This document shows, in pieces, positions 24,977-39,100 of a stretch of DNA of 64,000 nucleotides. Under the pieces are notes generated by a model that worked only from the letters and a program-made list of their open reading frames with translations, was not told where the DNA came from and did not search any database. Location of the stretch: contig NC_067403.1 in assembly GCF_016432865.1 (NCBI RefSeq), forward strand, positions 203,670,001-203,734,000. Direction: 5' to 3'. The position numbers and the translations under genes are program-made. Source of the stretch: Antechinus flavipes. Its lineage: Eukaryota. How positions within the stretch are numbered: position 1 is the stretch's first letter; every line of letters starts with the position of its first letter.

Positions 24977-25189
24977 CTGTCTGGGAAAGAGTGCCTATTA
25001 ACAGAAGAAAAGGAGATTAAAATAGAATATAGGTCTAAGCTTTGGATACATCTATTGATGTATTCAGGAAACACTGACCATATTCTATATGTCCCTCCTA
25101 TTCTATGATTCCCATGCTTTGTTAGTATGTATCATAGAAGTCTTATAAGCAAAACAGAAGAAAAGAAATCTGATTCTCCCATTTTTTTC

Positions 25190-25332
25190 TTTTTTCCCCC
25201 CTAAGGCATTTCAGTTAAGTGACTTGCCCAGAGTCACACAGCTAGGGAATGTTAAGTGTCTCAGGCTAGATTTGAACTGGTGTCCTCCTGACTTTAGTCA
25301 GTGCTCTATCCACTGTACCACTTAGCTGTCCC
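25190..25332 (-). mobile_element. WSINE1-like CORE-SINE
   Basis: T-tail followed by gttaagtgacttgcccagagtcacacagctag...gatttgaact...gctctatccactgtaccacttagctgtccc. Approximate TSD tcccca(t)ttttt. Confidence 0.8.
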
Positions 25333-28300
25333 TCCCCATATTTTTCAAGTAGACTAACTGGACCAACCAGTAATATGTGATTTGACAATTTTGCCAGTGT
25401 GAATTTTTAAAAGCTTGCAGAAGCGAAGAGGATAAGAACCTTTTCTAAATACATGAATAGATTATATCCAAATGTGTAAATACTATTCTGATTCAAATGT
25501 TTAAGTGCTGTTCTGCAAAATAATTACCATTGCTAATCCCTTTGAAAGAAACAGAATCTGATTTTTGATGCCTGGCTTTGCAAAGGACCACTTTTCAGAA
25601 TTGAAAATATTATTTACCTCATGTTAATTGACTATCAGAAATGTCCAGTTTTCTAAGATGACCCTTCTGCTCTAAAATTACACAAGAGAAGGAATAGCAA
25701 ATGGATTCTATCTCATTATATTTATCTCCTGGAAACTGGTATTACTGAAAAGGACTAACATTAAGCGAGATATTACTAAGAAGAACTATGGAAAGTTTCC
25801 CATGAGAACTTCTGCTGTTTTAGTTTAAAAAATGGAAAGCACCTGTTCATCTTGCTGTAACCATATTCTGTTTTATATATTGCTTCTTTCAATGGCTGAA
25901 CAAACTGTGGTAACTGCAATGAGAAATGATGAATATGATCGCTTTGGAGAAATATAGAAACTTTTCTATTAAGTAATATTGAGTGAACTCATAGGACTAG
26001 AAGAACAATTTATATTATAACCACAATAATAAAGAAAAGAAAAACAAGTTTGAAAGACTTCAGAACTAAGACCAAAATAATGGCAAATCATGTGGTCAAA
26101 AGATTGATGAGGAAATAATAACTATCACTTCTTGGGAAAGAGTTGATAGATTAGAGGTACAGAATGAGACATGCATCTTCAGTCATGGAGAATCTGTTGA
26201 CTTGTATTCCTTGACTATGTCTATCTCTCACAAGGAAGGGCTATTACTGTGAGAGGTAGTTAAGTGGTAGTGAATTACCAGGAGGAAGGGAAAGGACTAC
26301 AAGAAGACATTTTCAAAATGCAAAAAATAGATGAAGGGAAGCACAACTTTACTTGTACATGTGTTTTATTTCTTAAAAGAGGAAATGATCTTGAAATGTT
26401 TGTATTTTTTATGTTTGATAAGTTTCAAATAAAAGATATTATCTTAACTATTTTTCTTGCTGGAATATTTTTATTATCTTCAACTCTAAACTCATTTTCA
26501 TTTCATTCTTTCTTTTTGCCAATTCCAGTAAGAAAGGATATAAAATATTGAGATACTAGTCAGCTCTAAGAAGAAATAGAAAACGACATTCATTTATGGG
26601 AATATGGTCAAACTCTTTCTTTGTGACTACAAAAAGAAATAATGCCTTAATTAAATAAACATTTTTAGAGTTCTGAGTCAAGTTTTCAACATCTTCTACT
26701 TACCTCTTTCCTCTCAAAAGAAAAAATTGAATTCCAATTTTCTGACAAATGAGAGGCTGTTTATGTATCTTTCCTCTTCTTCGTTATTTTATAGTTCAAA
26801 ATTCCTCAATATTATTCCCCTATTATCTTTGCCACAATCTCTGAAAAGCAGATGGTCCTTCTCTTTTCTTTCTTTCCATCCAGATGGCTATTATTAGATA
26901 AAATTATATACTATGTAAAACTATTCTATACATATTTCTATTCACCAATTCTTTCTCTGGGTGCAGAAAGTATTTTCCTTCACATATCATTTGTAGTTAA
27001 TTTAGGTATATATGCCAGTCAAAATGACATTTACTCAAAGTTCTTTTTAAAAGAATATTATATACAATGTTCTCTTGGTTCTGTTCATTTTATTCTTCAT
27101 TATTACATGCACCTCTCCTCATGTTTTCCTAAGATCATTGAACTCATCATTTCTTATAATACACTTACTTCTCATCACAATTACATATCACAACATGGTT
27201 CAGCTACTTCCCAATTGACAGGTATCCTCATGATTTCCAGCATCTGGTTTGTAATATTGGAATTAATCTCTACTCTTTTCTCCATCTTCCCTTTCCCTGT
27301 CAATTGCCAATTCTTGCCACTTCTACCTCAACACTTAATGTCACAGTTCTTCTTATGTTCTCCCACACAATCGCCTCTTTAAGTCAAGTTTGCATCTCCT
27401 CTCACTTGGATTATTGCAAAGGCCTCTTAATTAGAAGTTCAATCTTACCTTCCTCTAACTGTCTTGCAAAAAGCTATGGAAATGATTTTCCTATAGCGCA
27501 TGGTTGAACATGTTTTCTACTTAATTAAGCCTCGAACACAGTCATTATTGCCTTGAAGATGAAATAAGAATTCTTCAGTTTTGATATTTAGAATCCTGTG
27601 CAATCTGAATCCAGACTCCCTCTTCAGATTTATTTCCTTTAACTCTCAGGCATGTACTCCAAATTTCAGTCTAATTGGTCTATTGTCTATTTCCTAGACT
27701 CAGAAGTCTACCCTTCTCCTGTCCCTTTGCACAGCTCCTCCTCCATGCTCAAACTGCCCTTCTCCTAATCTGTTTCTCCGAATCTCAAGCTTTCTTTGTG
27801 GCTCACTTACACTACTTATAAGAAGCCTAGTTTCTAAACCTCTGTTCCTCCTCAACTTATCTTCTATTTATTTATTTGTGCAAATATTTTATCCCTTCCT
27901 TTCCAATAGAATGTAGACTTTCTGAGATCAAAGACTGTTTTGCAATTTTTTTCCTCTCTCCCACATTGCCTTAGATATTGCCTATGCATAGTGAGCACAT
28001 AAAATAAAGTTGAATGGAAGGCAACAACTCCCTTTTGAAAATCTCAAGTCTCATTATATTGGTTACATAATAATCATAGAACAATAATATTAATAATTAA
28101 ATATGACTACTTACATTTCATAAATAACTTTCATCCCACAATTTTTAGAGACAAATAATGTTATTCTTATTTTATACCTAAGGTAACTGAGGATCACAGA
28201 AGTTCAGTCACTTACTGATAAGACATTCATAGCCATTAAGACTCACATGTGGTGTTCAAATCCAGCTTTTCTGACTTCAAGCCAAATTCTTCCCACCACA

Positions 28301-28594
28301 TCAGGCAACAAATATATGAACAAAACCCCTCTATTTCAAAGTCTCTATGTGAGAAGAAGGGAAATGTAATACCTGAAACCTAAGTGATCAAGTATTTACT
28401 GTTTTTTGCAAAGTTTCAGGATAAATAATATGAACTGTGGTAGATTAAAATTTTGCTTACTAACTTACTGTAATAATGCTCTATGCTTATAACTCTCCTT
28501 CAGATTTTTGACTTTACATGGCACTAGAAAGAGTCAGAAACATGAAAACCCAGATTAGGACTGAATCTTATTCATTTAAACAGGGGAAGGGAGG

Positions 28595-28753
28595 ATAGGA
28601 ATAGAGAGAGAGACAGACAGACAGACAGATCCAGACAGAGACAGAGACAGAGAGGTTCATTAAAGCTTCATGTGATAGGAATAGAGAGAGAGACAGACAG
28701 ACAGACAGAGACAGACAGAGACAGAGACAGAGAGGTTCATTAAAGCTTCATGT
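28595..28753. repeat. 80-bp tandem duplication containing (GA/GACA)n
   Basis: ataggaatagagagagagacagacag...gaggttcattaaagcttcatgt occurs twice, starting at 28595 and 28675. Confidence 0.85.
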
Positions 28754-29451
28754 AAATAGAAATCAATATAAAGTTTAGCATGGCAAGAGGAATAAACTGT
28801 TCTTCTGAAATGAGCTACAAATAGAAATTACATCTACGTAATTTTATAACAAAATTAAGAGCAACAGTGGTACCTACTGACGCAAGAAGATAACAATTTT
28901 AGACTCTAAGGAACTATCTTTGCATAGCTGCACTGTATTTATGTTGAGTTTAGCAGCATTTGAGTTATAACCCCTTGGATATTGTAACTGGAAATGTAAC
29001 CTATATCATTGAAGTGCTATTTGAGATCCTTTGGGAAAGGGGAAAATTACAAAAGCACAAATGAGTTCTGTGAAAACTTCTGTAAATTCTCAGGGGTCTT
29101 CATTTATTTATTTTTTTGGTGTGTGTTTATTCAGGGTTTTTAAGAAGTGAAAAACAAGATGGAATAGCAACATAATCAACCCAAAATGATCTGTCCTGGA
29201 AGCTCTCAAAAATTTTTCTAGGATCAATATGTGGCAATTACGGTTGTGGCAATGCTGATTAGGTATGAAAATTCATCCTCATTATTTCATCAGATTCATT
29301 TTCATCAGGCCATAACTCATGCTGATCACACAAATACACAATTGAGGTTGAAAGATCATGTATGAGACTCAGCTTAAGAGACTGCAGATCCTGAAACAGA
29401 GGTGTTATTCACAGTGAGAACAGTCATCTATATGTGAAAATAGTATTGTCA

Positions 29452-31190
29452 ATAACATACTTGGGATTTTGCTTGCCAAGATAAACCCAGAAACTATATG
29501 AACACAATTACAAAACACCTTTTCACATAAATTGTTCATGGGCACATCAAGCCAATATAAAAAAAATGACAACCCTACTTGAATTAATTTGCTTAGTCAG
29601 TGCCATACCAAACTACTAAGAAACTATTTTGTAGAGCTATAAAATAATAAAATTCATTTGGAAGAACAAAGGGTCAAGAAAATTAAGGGAATCAATGGGG
29701 AGAAATGAAGGAAGATAGCCTAGCTGTAACAGATCTCAGACTTTATTAAAATCTGGAACTGGTTAAGAAATAATGTTGTGAATCAATGTTATAGATTAGG
29801 TATACAATGTTTAATGACATTATTAATCTGGTGTTTGAGAAACCCAGATATCCTAGCTTTTGGAAGAAGAACTCGTTCTTTGACAGAATAAGCTGAGAAA
29901 ACTAGAAAGCAACTTGGCAGAAACTAGTTATAAACTAACATCTCATTCCAAAGGTCAAAATTAGTACATGATTTAGATGTAATAAATGATATCATAAGCA
30001 AATTAGGGAAGCAAGAACTTGTCAGGTCAATGGATAAGGGAAAAATTTATGACCAGACAAGCTAGAGAGCATCATGTAATGTAAAATGGATAATTTGATT
30101 ATATTAAATTAAAAAGGGTTTGCATAAAGAAAACCAATGCAGTCAAGATTAGAAAGACAGCAGAACACTGCGGGGAAATTTTTTTACAGCAATTTTCTGT
30201 GATAAAGGCTTCATTTCTCTGGGTCAAACTCATAAGAATACAATTTATTCCTCAATTCATAAATCTAGAAAAAGATTTGAACAGGTTTCAAAAGAAGAAT
30301 CAAAGCTATCTATAGTTATATGAAAATCACAATGGATCAGACTGATTTATATGATTTTTAAAAATGACAACTGTTAGAGTGCAGTGGGAAAATTTTAGAC
30401 ACTAATGCACTGTTGGTGAAGTTGTGAAATGAGCCAGAGCAATTTGGAACTATGTCAACGGCTATCAAACTGTGCAAATATTTGACACAATAATACAACT
30501 ATTTTATCTGTATCCCCAAAGAGATTTAAAAAATGAAAAGGATCTATATGTATAAAATATTTATAGGAATTTTTTTATGGTGACAAAGAATTGAAAATTG
30601 AGAGAATGCCTATTAATTGGGGTATTTCTGAACAACTTGTGGTATATGATTGTGATGGAATAGTATTGTGCTCTGAGAAATGAGGAGCAGGATGTTCTTA
30701 GAAAAACCTAAAAAAACTTATCTGTACTGATGCAAAGTGGACTGAGAAGGGGAATGAGAGAAATGAGTAAAGAAGATTGTACATGATAACAGCAATATTG
30801 TACAATGATCAACTATAAATGACTAGCTGTTCTCAGTAATACAATAATCTAAGAAAATTCAGAAGGATCTATAATGAAGCATGCTAAACACCTCCAGAGA
30901 AAGAATTGATGAAGTCTGAGTGAAAATCAAAGCATACTATTTTTCACTTTATTTTTCTTTTTGGGGGACAGGAGAAGAGAGTGAATCTGTGTTTTCTTTC
31001 ACAACATGACTAATATAGAAATATGTTTTGCATGACTAAAAATGTATAATTTATATCAAATTACTTGCATCTCAGCAAATAGATTGGGAAGGAAGGGAAG
31101 AAGAGAATTTAGAAATCAAAATTTTTAAAATGCAAGTTTAAATTTTTTTTAGCTGTAATGAGGAAAAACAGATTTTCTTAAAATGAATAA
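29452..31190 (+). mobile_element. Degenerate 5'-truncated L1 (ORF2 3' half plus 3'UTR)
   Basis: Decayed ORF2 motifs (lyehnyktl, aipiklp-like, sdkgl-like) followed by L1 3'UTR and an A-rich end. Confidence 0.75.
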
Positions 31191-32107
31191 AGGTAATAAT
31201 TTCACTGGCCTTAATAAGACCAATTTTAGAACATACTATGATCAGTCCTGACTTCATTTTAGGAAAATATCAAAAATCTGGAGAGCATGTAGATAATGAT
31301 ATCTAAGTTGGTCCTTAATCAAGAAGGATTTTAAAATCTTACTATGTGTCATACTCTATGTTACAACTTGGAATACAAGGAAAAGCAAAAATTAGTCATT
31401 GCTTCCTTGGAGCTCACATTGTATTGATAAAGATGCCATGTAAATAACCAAGTATGTATAAATTATAGACAGAGTAGATGAACAATAATCTTAGAGCTAA
31501 GAAGCTACAATTAACAAGAAGAAACACTTCTTGCAGAACATGGATTTGAGCTGTCTCTTGAAAAAAGCCTTAGACACTAAGTGGCAGTGATGGAGGCACT
31601 TGAGAAAATCAGTATAAAGATATAGAAGATGAATTATCATGTATGGGGAAAGGCAACTTTTTCAGTCTAACTAGATTATATAATGCATGGATGGCAGGAA
31701 AGTATAAGACAGGAAAGGAGGGAAGAGGCCAGGTTGTGAAGATTTTCATTTTTAAATATGATTCTTTATTGATATCTTTTCTTTTGATGTGACTTTAATT
31801 TCTTCTAGTATCTCTTCTTCCTCATTCCTTTAAAAGAATTATCCCAAATTAAAAAAGAATCTATTTCCTTAAGGTGTATTGTGCACTAAAGTGGTCATTA
31901 ATAAAAGGAAAGTCCCCACATACACCAGAATATTTAAAGTATCATTTTTGTGATAACAAAGAATTGGGAACAAAGGATAGGCCCAATGACTGAGGAATGA
32001 CTAAACATATTGTGGCACATAAACATAATAGAATAATACATTAATACAGAAACACATAAGATTTACATAATCTGATACAAAGTGTTGATTACCACAATAG
32101 AATGAAT

Positions 32108-32360
32108 TTTGTTGTTATCTAGTCATGTCCAACTTCTTATGACTCCATTTGGGATTTTCTTGGCAAAGATACTGGAGTGGTCTTTCATTTACTTCTCTTG
32201 CTCATTTTACAGATGATGAAAATGAAGCGAATAGGATTAAATAACTTGTTCAGGATCACACAGCTAGTAATTATCTGAAATCATATTTGAATGCAGATAG
32301 ATGAATCTTCCTGATTTCAGGACAGGCATTTTATCTACTGTACCACTTAACTGGCCACAC
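32108..32360 (-). mobile_element. Mar1-like SINE (CORE plus RTE/BovB-type tail)
   Basis: gttgttatctagtcatgtccaacttc...ttggcaaagatactggagtgg...ttttacagatga...cacacagctag...atttgaa...ccacttaactggcc, flanked by aatgaat repeats. Confidence 0.8.
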
Positions 32361-32594
32361 AATGAATATAACAATATAAATGGAAATTATAACCACCACT
32401 ACCCCAAAATCAATAGTAAATGAATCTCATAAGAGTCTAAAAACAATCAGAGATCCAAAGAAGTATGAGAGGTCACCTCTACCCACTCCTTACAGAAAAG
32501 GTGGGAAGTCTATGTTTGTGGAATATTACATGTATTTTCATACTTTTGTAATCAAATTCACAAATTTACCTCATCAAAATGAAAATATTTGTGT

Positions 32595-32745
32595 TGTTAC
32601 TGAGTTACTTCAATTGTATACAACTCTTTCTGATCCCATTTGGGATTTTCTTGGCAAAGATGTTGGAATGGTTTACCATTTTATAACTTATTTTACAAAG
32701 GAGGAAACTGAGTCCAAAAGGATTAAAATATTTGCCTTTCCTAAA
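32595..32745 (-). mobile_element. Truncated Mar1-like SINE
   Basis: ccatttgggattttcttggcaaagatgttggaatggtttaccatt...ttttacaaaggaggaaactgag. Confidence 0.65.
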
Positions 32746-32893
32746 CTCATTGATTGGTATCACTTAATCATAAACATTGTATCAGTTCAATATTAGATCC
32801 TTCAAGTAATGTTTTATTTTCATACTTGCATTCCTGAAATTGAGCATAGCATTTGAGATATAATATATACTTATTTGTTGTATTGAGTTGAAT

Positions 32894-33832
32894 TTATGAA
32901 AAAAGATGTTTCCTACTCATTAGCTTTCTTAGAGCCCCTTTTACTTCATTATTCCTTAGACTGTAGATCAGGGGGTTCAACATGGGGATCATTACTGTGT
33001 AGAAAACAGATACCACTTTATTCTCATCTGATGAGTAGCTGGACTTAGGCAACACGTAAACGAATGTACTGGTCCCATAGAACAGAGTGACTGCTGTGAG
33101 GTGGGAAGTGCAAGTTGAGAAAGCTTTGGATCTTCCTTCAGTGGAGCTTATCTTCAGGACAGAGAAAAGGATATACATGTAAGAAATCACAATAATTAAT
33201 ACTGTGATCATAATTACTGATCCAGCAGAGGCAGAAGGAAGAATGTCAGCAAGATCATCTTGGTAGTTCGAAAGTTTCAAAAGTGGTGCATAATCACAAA
33301 AAAAGTGATTGATCATATTGGTTCCACAGAAGGACCGATTAAGTACGAAAAAAGTGAAAATCCAAGCATTCACAGAACCACCCACATAGGATATGATGAG
33401 TAACAGAGTACAGATCTTAACAGACATGTGGGTAGAGTAGAGTAGGGGGTTACAAATGGCCACATACCGATCATAGGCCATCACAGCCAGCAGGAAGCAC
33501 TCGGTGGTTCCAAAGGTGGCTGTAGAACACATTTGGGCCACACAGCTTCCCAGAGGTATCAAAGTCTTATCTACAAGGAAGTTGATGATCATGACAGGAG
33601 TGACAGATGAAGAATATCCAATATCCACAAAAGCCAAGTGGCTGAGGAAAAGGTACATTGGAGTGTGAAGTTGGGAGCTCTTTCTGATCAATATGATTAT
33701 GCTAAGATTACCAACTAGTGTGACAGTATAGACACCCAGAAATATCACAAAAAGAATGACACGAAGGGTTGGATCATCAGTTAACCCCAAAATAATGAAT
33801 TCAGTCACAGCAGTGCAGTTATTGCCAGACAT
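32894..33832 (-). CDS. Olfactory receptor (OR5P-like), copy 4 (OR-4), 312 aa
   Basis: Intact ORF with the canonical OR motifs; TAA stop. Confidence 0.96.
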   Translation of the reverse strand: MSGNNCTAVTEFIILGLTDDPTLRVILFVIFLGVYTVTLVGNLSIIILIRKSSQLHTPMYLFLSHLAFVDIGYSSSVTPVMIINFLVDKTLIPLGSCVAQMCSTATFGTTECFLLAVMAYDRYVAICNPLLYSTHMSVKICTLLLIISYVGGSVNAWIFTFFVLNRSFCGTNMINHFFCDYAPLLKLSNYQDDLADILPSASAGSVIMITVLIIVISYMYILFSVLKISSTEGRSKAFSTCTSHLTAVTLFYGTSTFVYVLPKSSYSSDENKVVSVFYTVMIPMLNPLIYSLRNNEVKGALRKLMSRKHLFS

Positions 33833-35869
33833 CTGTCATGGAAAAGAGTGCCTATTAGACAGAAGAAAAGGAAACTAAAATAGAATACAGGATTAAGCTT
33901 TGGATATGTCTATTGATGTATTCAGGAAACACTCACTGGTTACCTCCTAATTTTACTGTCTTATTTCAATACTTTGATCCTCTATACCATGGTAGCATGC
34001 CCATAAGCAAAATAGAGTAGATTGAATTTGTTTTATTCAAAATTTTTGCTATGAACTAACAATAGGATTTTCTAATTTTTGCTATCTTGACAGAGTGAAA
34101 AAGCCTATAAGAGTATCAAGGATAGTAGAATTCTCACCATAGGAACTTTTCTTAAATATATTCAGGGACTCTATCCTAATGTCTAAATGTTTTTCTGCCA
34201 AGTAACTAAGACTTAATCACTTCCAAAGAAATTGTCTTTTTTGTGGCCCCTTGCCTCTTACAGAATATTTTTTCACATTTGATAGTGTTGGTCACCTCAT
34301 CCAAATTGATTAGATTTTTATGAAGGGCTATCATTAAATGAGATATTGCTAGCCTGAAGGACTATGGGAAACTGCTGGTTTTAGGTAAAACAAGAAAAGC
34401 ATTTGCTCATCCTGCTGGAATCATATCCTGTTTTATACATTGCTTCCTTCAACTGCAGAATACACTGAGCAAACTGTGGTATAGGAATTTAGAAAAAAAA
34501 TGTTGTTCCATAAGAAATAATGAATATGAGCTTTAGAGTAATATGGAAACACTTATTAATTGATGCAGAATGAACTCAGTATATCTGTATACCCACAATG
34601 ATCATAAGAAGGAAAACAACTTTGAAAGACCTCAGGACTTGGATCATAATAGTGATGCATCATAGCTTCAAAAGAATGATGTGGAAACATAAATTACTAC
34701 TTCTTGGCAGAGAGTTACAGAATGAGATATACATTTTCAGACATGGTTGATCTGTTCATTTGCCTTACCTACATATACATCTTTCACAAGGGAGAACTTC
34801 CACTGTGAGTGTGGGAAAAGAGTTCATTGGGGTGGGGACATGGGGAAAGGAAAAGAACAACATCATAACATTTTCAAAATGCACAAAAGAATACAGAGAA
34901 ATACAACTTTATATGTGTAGACATTATATTTCAACTGCCAAGTGCCAAACAATCTTAAAATGTTTGCATTTGATGATGCTTTTTAAGTTCTAAACTAATT
35001 ATCTTAAATATTAATTTTTCTGAAAATGTTTTTATTATTCTAAACTCCTTTTTCTTTTTTTTAAGTCAAGTAATAAGAATATAAAATGTTGAGATACCAT
35101 TCAGCTCAGGAAGAATTGACCATAACATCTTTTTATGGGTCTGTGGTTCAGTTCTTTCTTTGTGAAGACTTTTGGGGGGGGGGGCGGAGCAAAGGATGTT
35201 TTAAGAGTGTTGAAATAATTTTCCAATATCTTTTAACTCACCTTTCTCTCTCAGAAGAGGACTTTGGATCCTCTTTTCTGACAAAAGAAAGGTTATCTCT
35301 ACAATCTCCCTTTCTTTTCTTTTTTTTTTTTTCAATTTGAAACTCCTTAAAATCACCCCCTATGGTTTTGGCAAAAATCTCTGGAAAAGAGATAATTCTT
35401 TTCTCCATAGCTAATCTCTCTACTTGTTCCATTAACCCTATCCCTTCAATTACAATTACTTTTCCATTGAAAATACTTTAAAAAATTTTTTAATTTTTAA
35501 AATTTTTTCAAAATTTTTTATGTTTTTAAATGTTTTTAATGTTTTAAAAAATCTGTGTGCTGCTTCTTTTTTTCCCCTAAAAATGGGCTTTAAAAACTTT
35601 CATTTGGTCCTGGCATCCTTTAAAGTTATCATATATTATATCTCACTTTTCCCAATCAGTTGGGGGTGGGGGGAAAGACTACCTTTGTTAAGGCTACTTC
35701 CTCTACTCACTTGTTAACCTAATCTTAATCTCGTTTCGGACTCCATTACTGCACTGGAACCATTCTCTAGAAAGTTGTGAATAACTTCTTAATTTATTAA
35801 TCCCTATACCTGTATCTTTATTTAAATTCTTAGAAAGTAGGAATTATCTCAAACTTTGTATTTGCTTCT

Positions 35870-36125
35870 TTTTTGTTATTTAGTCATTTTTAATCATGTC
35901 CAACTCTTTGTGACTCCTTTGGGGGTTTTCTTGATAAAGATAATGAAATGGTTTGTCATTTCCTTCTCCAGCTCATTTTTACATCTGAGCAACCAAGGCA
36001 AACAGTGGTAAGTAACTTGCCTGGCATCACATTCAGTAAGTATCAGAGAACAAATTTGAATTTAAGGAAATGAGTCTTCCTGACTCCAGGCAGGGTACTC
36101 CAGACACCATATCATCTAGATGCTC
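35870..36125 (-). mobile_element. Mar1-like SINE
   Basis: Same tail, core and head architecture as 32108-32360. Confidence 0.75.
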
Positions 36126-39100
36126 TATTTGCATTATTAGTGCCAAGGAAAGCACCTAATAAATACTTGCTGATTAGATGATTATTGGCCTCTATCCATG
36201 ACAAGGTGGACCATCTACTCTTCATGGTTATTTTCTCTTATGAATTTTCATGACACTGGTTCTTATGGCACAAGTATTTCTCCTACATGTTCGACCTTTC
36301 CTTCTCAGCCTCCTTGGGTTGATTTTGATCTCTGTGCTGCCTCCTAACTATACATGTGCCCTTGGATCTGCCCAGAATTTCTCCCCTTTTTTCTATACCT
36401 TCTCAATGAGCTCATTAGTCTATACAAATACCATTAACATCTCCACTTACATGACAATTAAATCTGTCTATCTGGCCCTAAACTTCATACAATAACAATA
36501 ATTGGATTTTTGTACCTAAAATTCTCACCTTGATATTTAGAATCATGCACAATTTGAATCCAGTTTCCCTCTGAATTTATCTTACTTTACTCTCATGCAA
36601 ACACTCTACATTGCAGACCAAGTGGTCTATTTTCTGTTCTTGAGACTCAGAATTCAACTCTCATTTCTGTCTCCCTGAAAAGGTTGTCCTCCAGTTCCAA
36701 AATAAAGTACTTCATCTCTGCTTCCTAGAATGTAAAGCTTCCCTTGTTTCTCAACCTGTGGGTCACCACTTACATGAAGTCTAGTTTCCAAAACTCTCTC
36801 CTCTTCAATCTTGTATTTATTTATTTGCGTAAATGTTTTATCCCTTTCTCTTTAATGGAATGTAAGCTCTCTGAGATTAAGAACTGGGTTTTTTTCCCCT
36901 TTGAATCCCAGTAATCAAGATAGATCTCTGTTCATAGTTGGAACAGAAAGATATTAGTTGAATGGAAGCCAACAATGTATTTTTGAAAATCTCAAGTCTC
37001 ATTTATATAGGTAACCATCTGATAATAGGAATTCTAATAACTCAATATTACAATTTAAATTTCAAAAATTATTTTCCTTCCACAACTTAAAGGAAAATAT
37101 TATTATTCTCATTTAACAGTAGAGGTAACTGAGAATCACAATTACTTACCCCAAATCACAGACAGAGCCAGTACAACTCAAATTCAAACCCAAGTCTCCT
37201 GGCTTTGACTCCAATTCTCTTTTTACCACATTAAACAACAAATATATCAGTAAAAAATTCCTTCATTAACCCTCAATCTGAAAAGTGGGAGAAAAATAAA
37301 ATATGAAATAAATGCACCTGAGATCCTTATATAAGGTATCCTCCTTTACTATGTTCTATCAGGTACATATTATTTTAAGCGAGGTTTCAAGATATGTGAT
37401 ATGACCTGTGGTCAATAAGAATTTATTTTCTACCATGCTGTAATGAGAGGGGGGGAGCATTAAAGTCCTATATAAAACTGAAAAGAGTATTAAGTCTGAC
37501 ATAGCAAGAGAAATGGACAAGCTTTGTGAATGAATTACAAATTAAAAATCAGATCTTAATATTTTTATAGCAAAATCAAGAACAGCAGAAAGTTATAACT
37601 TTAGACTCCAAGGAATAATTTTTGCATGGCAGCATCATATTTATGTTGGCTTTAGTAACATTTGAGTTATGAGAGACTTTGAGTACTCTGATACCTAAAT
37701 GTAATCTACATCATTAGAATGCCAATTGTAACCCACTGAGATTGAGTAAATTACAAATACACAGAAGACATGTCTAAAAGTTCTCCAAATCTCAAGGGCT
37801 TTCATTAATTTTTTTTGTTTATGTTTATATAAGACTTTTAAAAAGTGAAAAGCAAGATTGCATAGCAATATGGTCTGCCATGGAATCTTTAAAAATTGTT
37901 CTGGGATCAACATGAGGAAATTGTAATTGTGTGTTTTCACCAAGTATGAAAATTGGCCCTCATCACCTCACAAGATTTATTTTGATCATTCCATAACCTA
38001 TAATGATTACATAAATATAAAACTTCAAAAGACCATCTATGAAATTCAGTTTAGTAGAAATTGCAGATCCTAGAAAAGAGGTGGTATTCACCTTGTGAGG
38101 ACAGTCATTCATATGTGAAGGCAATATTGACAATCTTTCTAAAATACCTGATAAAATTTCCCTAGCATATAAGAGCATTTATGATATATGACATGGAGAT
38201 TTTCTAAGGATAATTGACAGGTACTATGAGTCAATTGAGAATGATGATATAAGGTCATTCATTCCCTGGTCATGAAAGGGACCAAGAGATTCTGGAGTAT
38301 GGGAAAATGATTTGATCTTGTCTGCTCTGTCTTTGAAACAGAAAGGACTTTCTTAGGTGTATTAACCTATTATGTCATAAAGTAACACAGGACAATTTGG
38401 AGTTTCTGCAACCAACTAGATTAAACTCAGCAACATATTTTTAGTCTGCTCTCAAAATATTAAATAGAATTTTACTTGAATGGTTTTTGTTTTGTTTTGT
38501 TTTGTTTTTGGTGGAAGGGTCAAATTAAAAAGGAAGTCCATATGGAGGATCCAATGGGTTGGGACTTGAGCCAGACAAGTTAGGAGTTGTTGGAATATCC
38601 AAAACCATATACAAGAACCTAAGAAGGTACTACAAAAATATAAAAGATTAGGAAGATCTAAGATAAGGGAATATAAATCTGTACATTTCCAGAAAAATAA
38701 GGTGAATTCTCAGGGCTGGAGCTATGCAGGGACTTTTATACATGGTCAGTTGAGTGATGCAATGCGCTTGTTTCCATCTAGTGGCTTGTTGAGATATAAC
38801 ATCCAAAGGCACTACTCCAAGTGTAGCCTCTTAGTTGTTATGTGAAAGTGTTCTATGAATCAGACAATTATATCACCAGCCTTTGTGCTCTTTCATTGTT
38901 TTTTCTTGAACCATATTTCCCAAAATATTTTTCAATCTTCTTACTATTCTCAATGAAATAATATAATTTTAAATGAAATGGTCTTATTGAGTCATATGTA
39001 ATATTTTTCTACTTTCTCATTCTTTGGGAAAGATATTGACACATTAGTTACAATTATTTTCATGGTGGTATTTTTTATTTAATATTTTAATTATTTTATT

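Noticed and set aside
26852-27382. 176-aa plus-strand ORF
   Set aside because: Low-complexity I/F/L/S/Y-rich reading across antisense L1 and L2 fragments; no domain.
32380-32796. 138-aa plus-strand ORF next to OR-4
   Set aside because: Runs through old L1 and Mar1 SINE relics; homologous regions in the other cassettes are not open.
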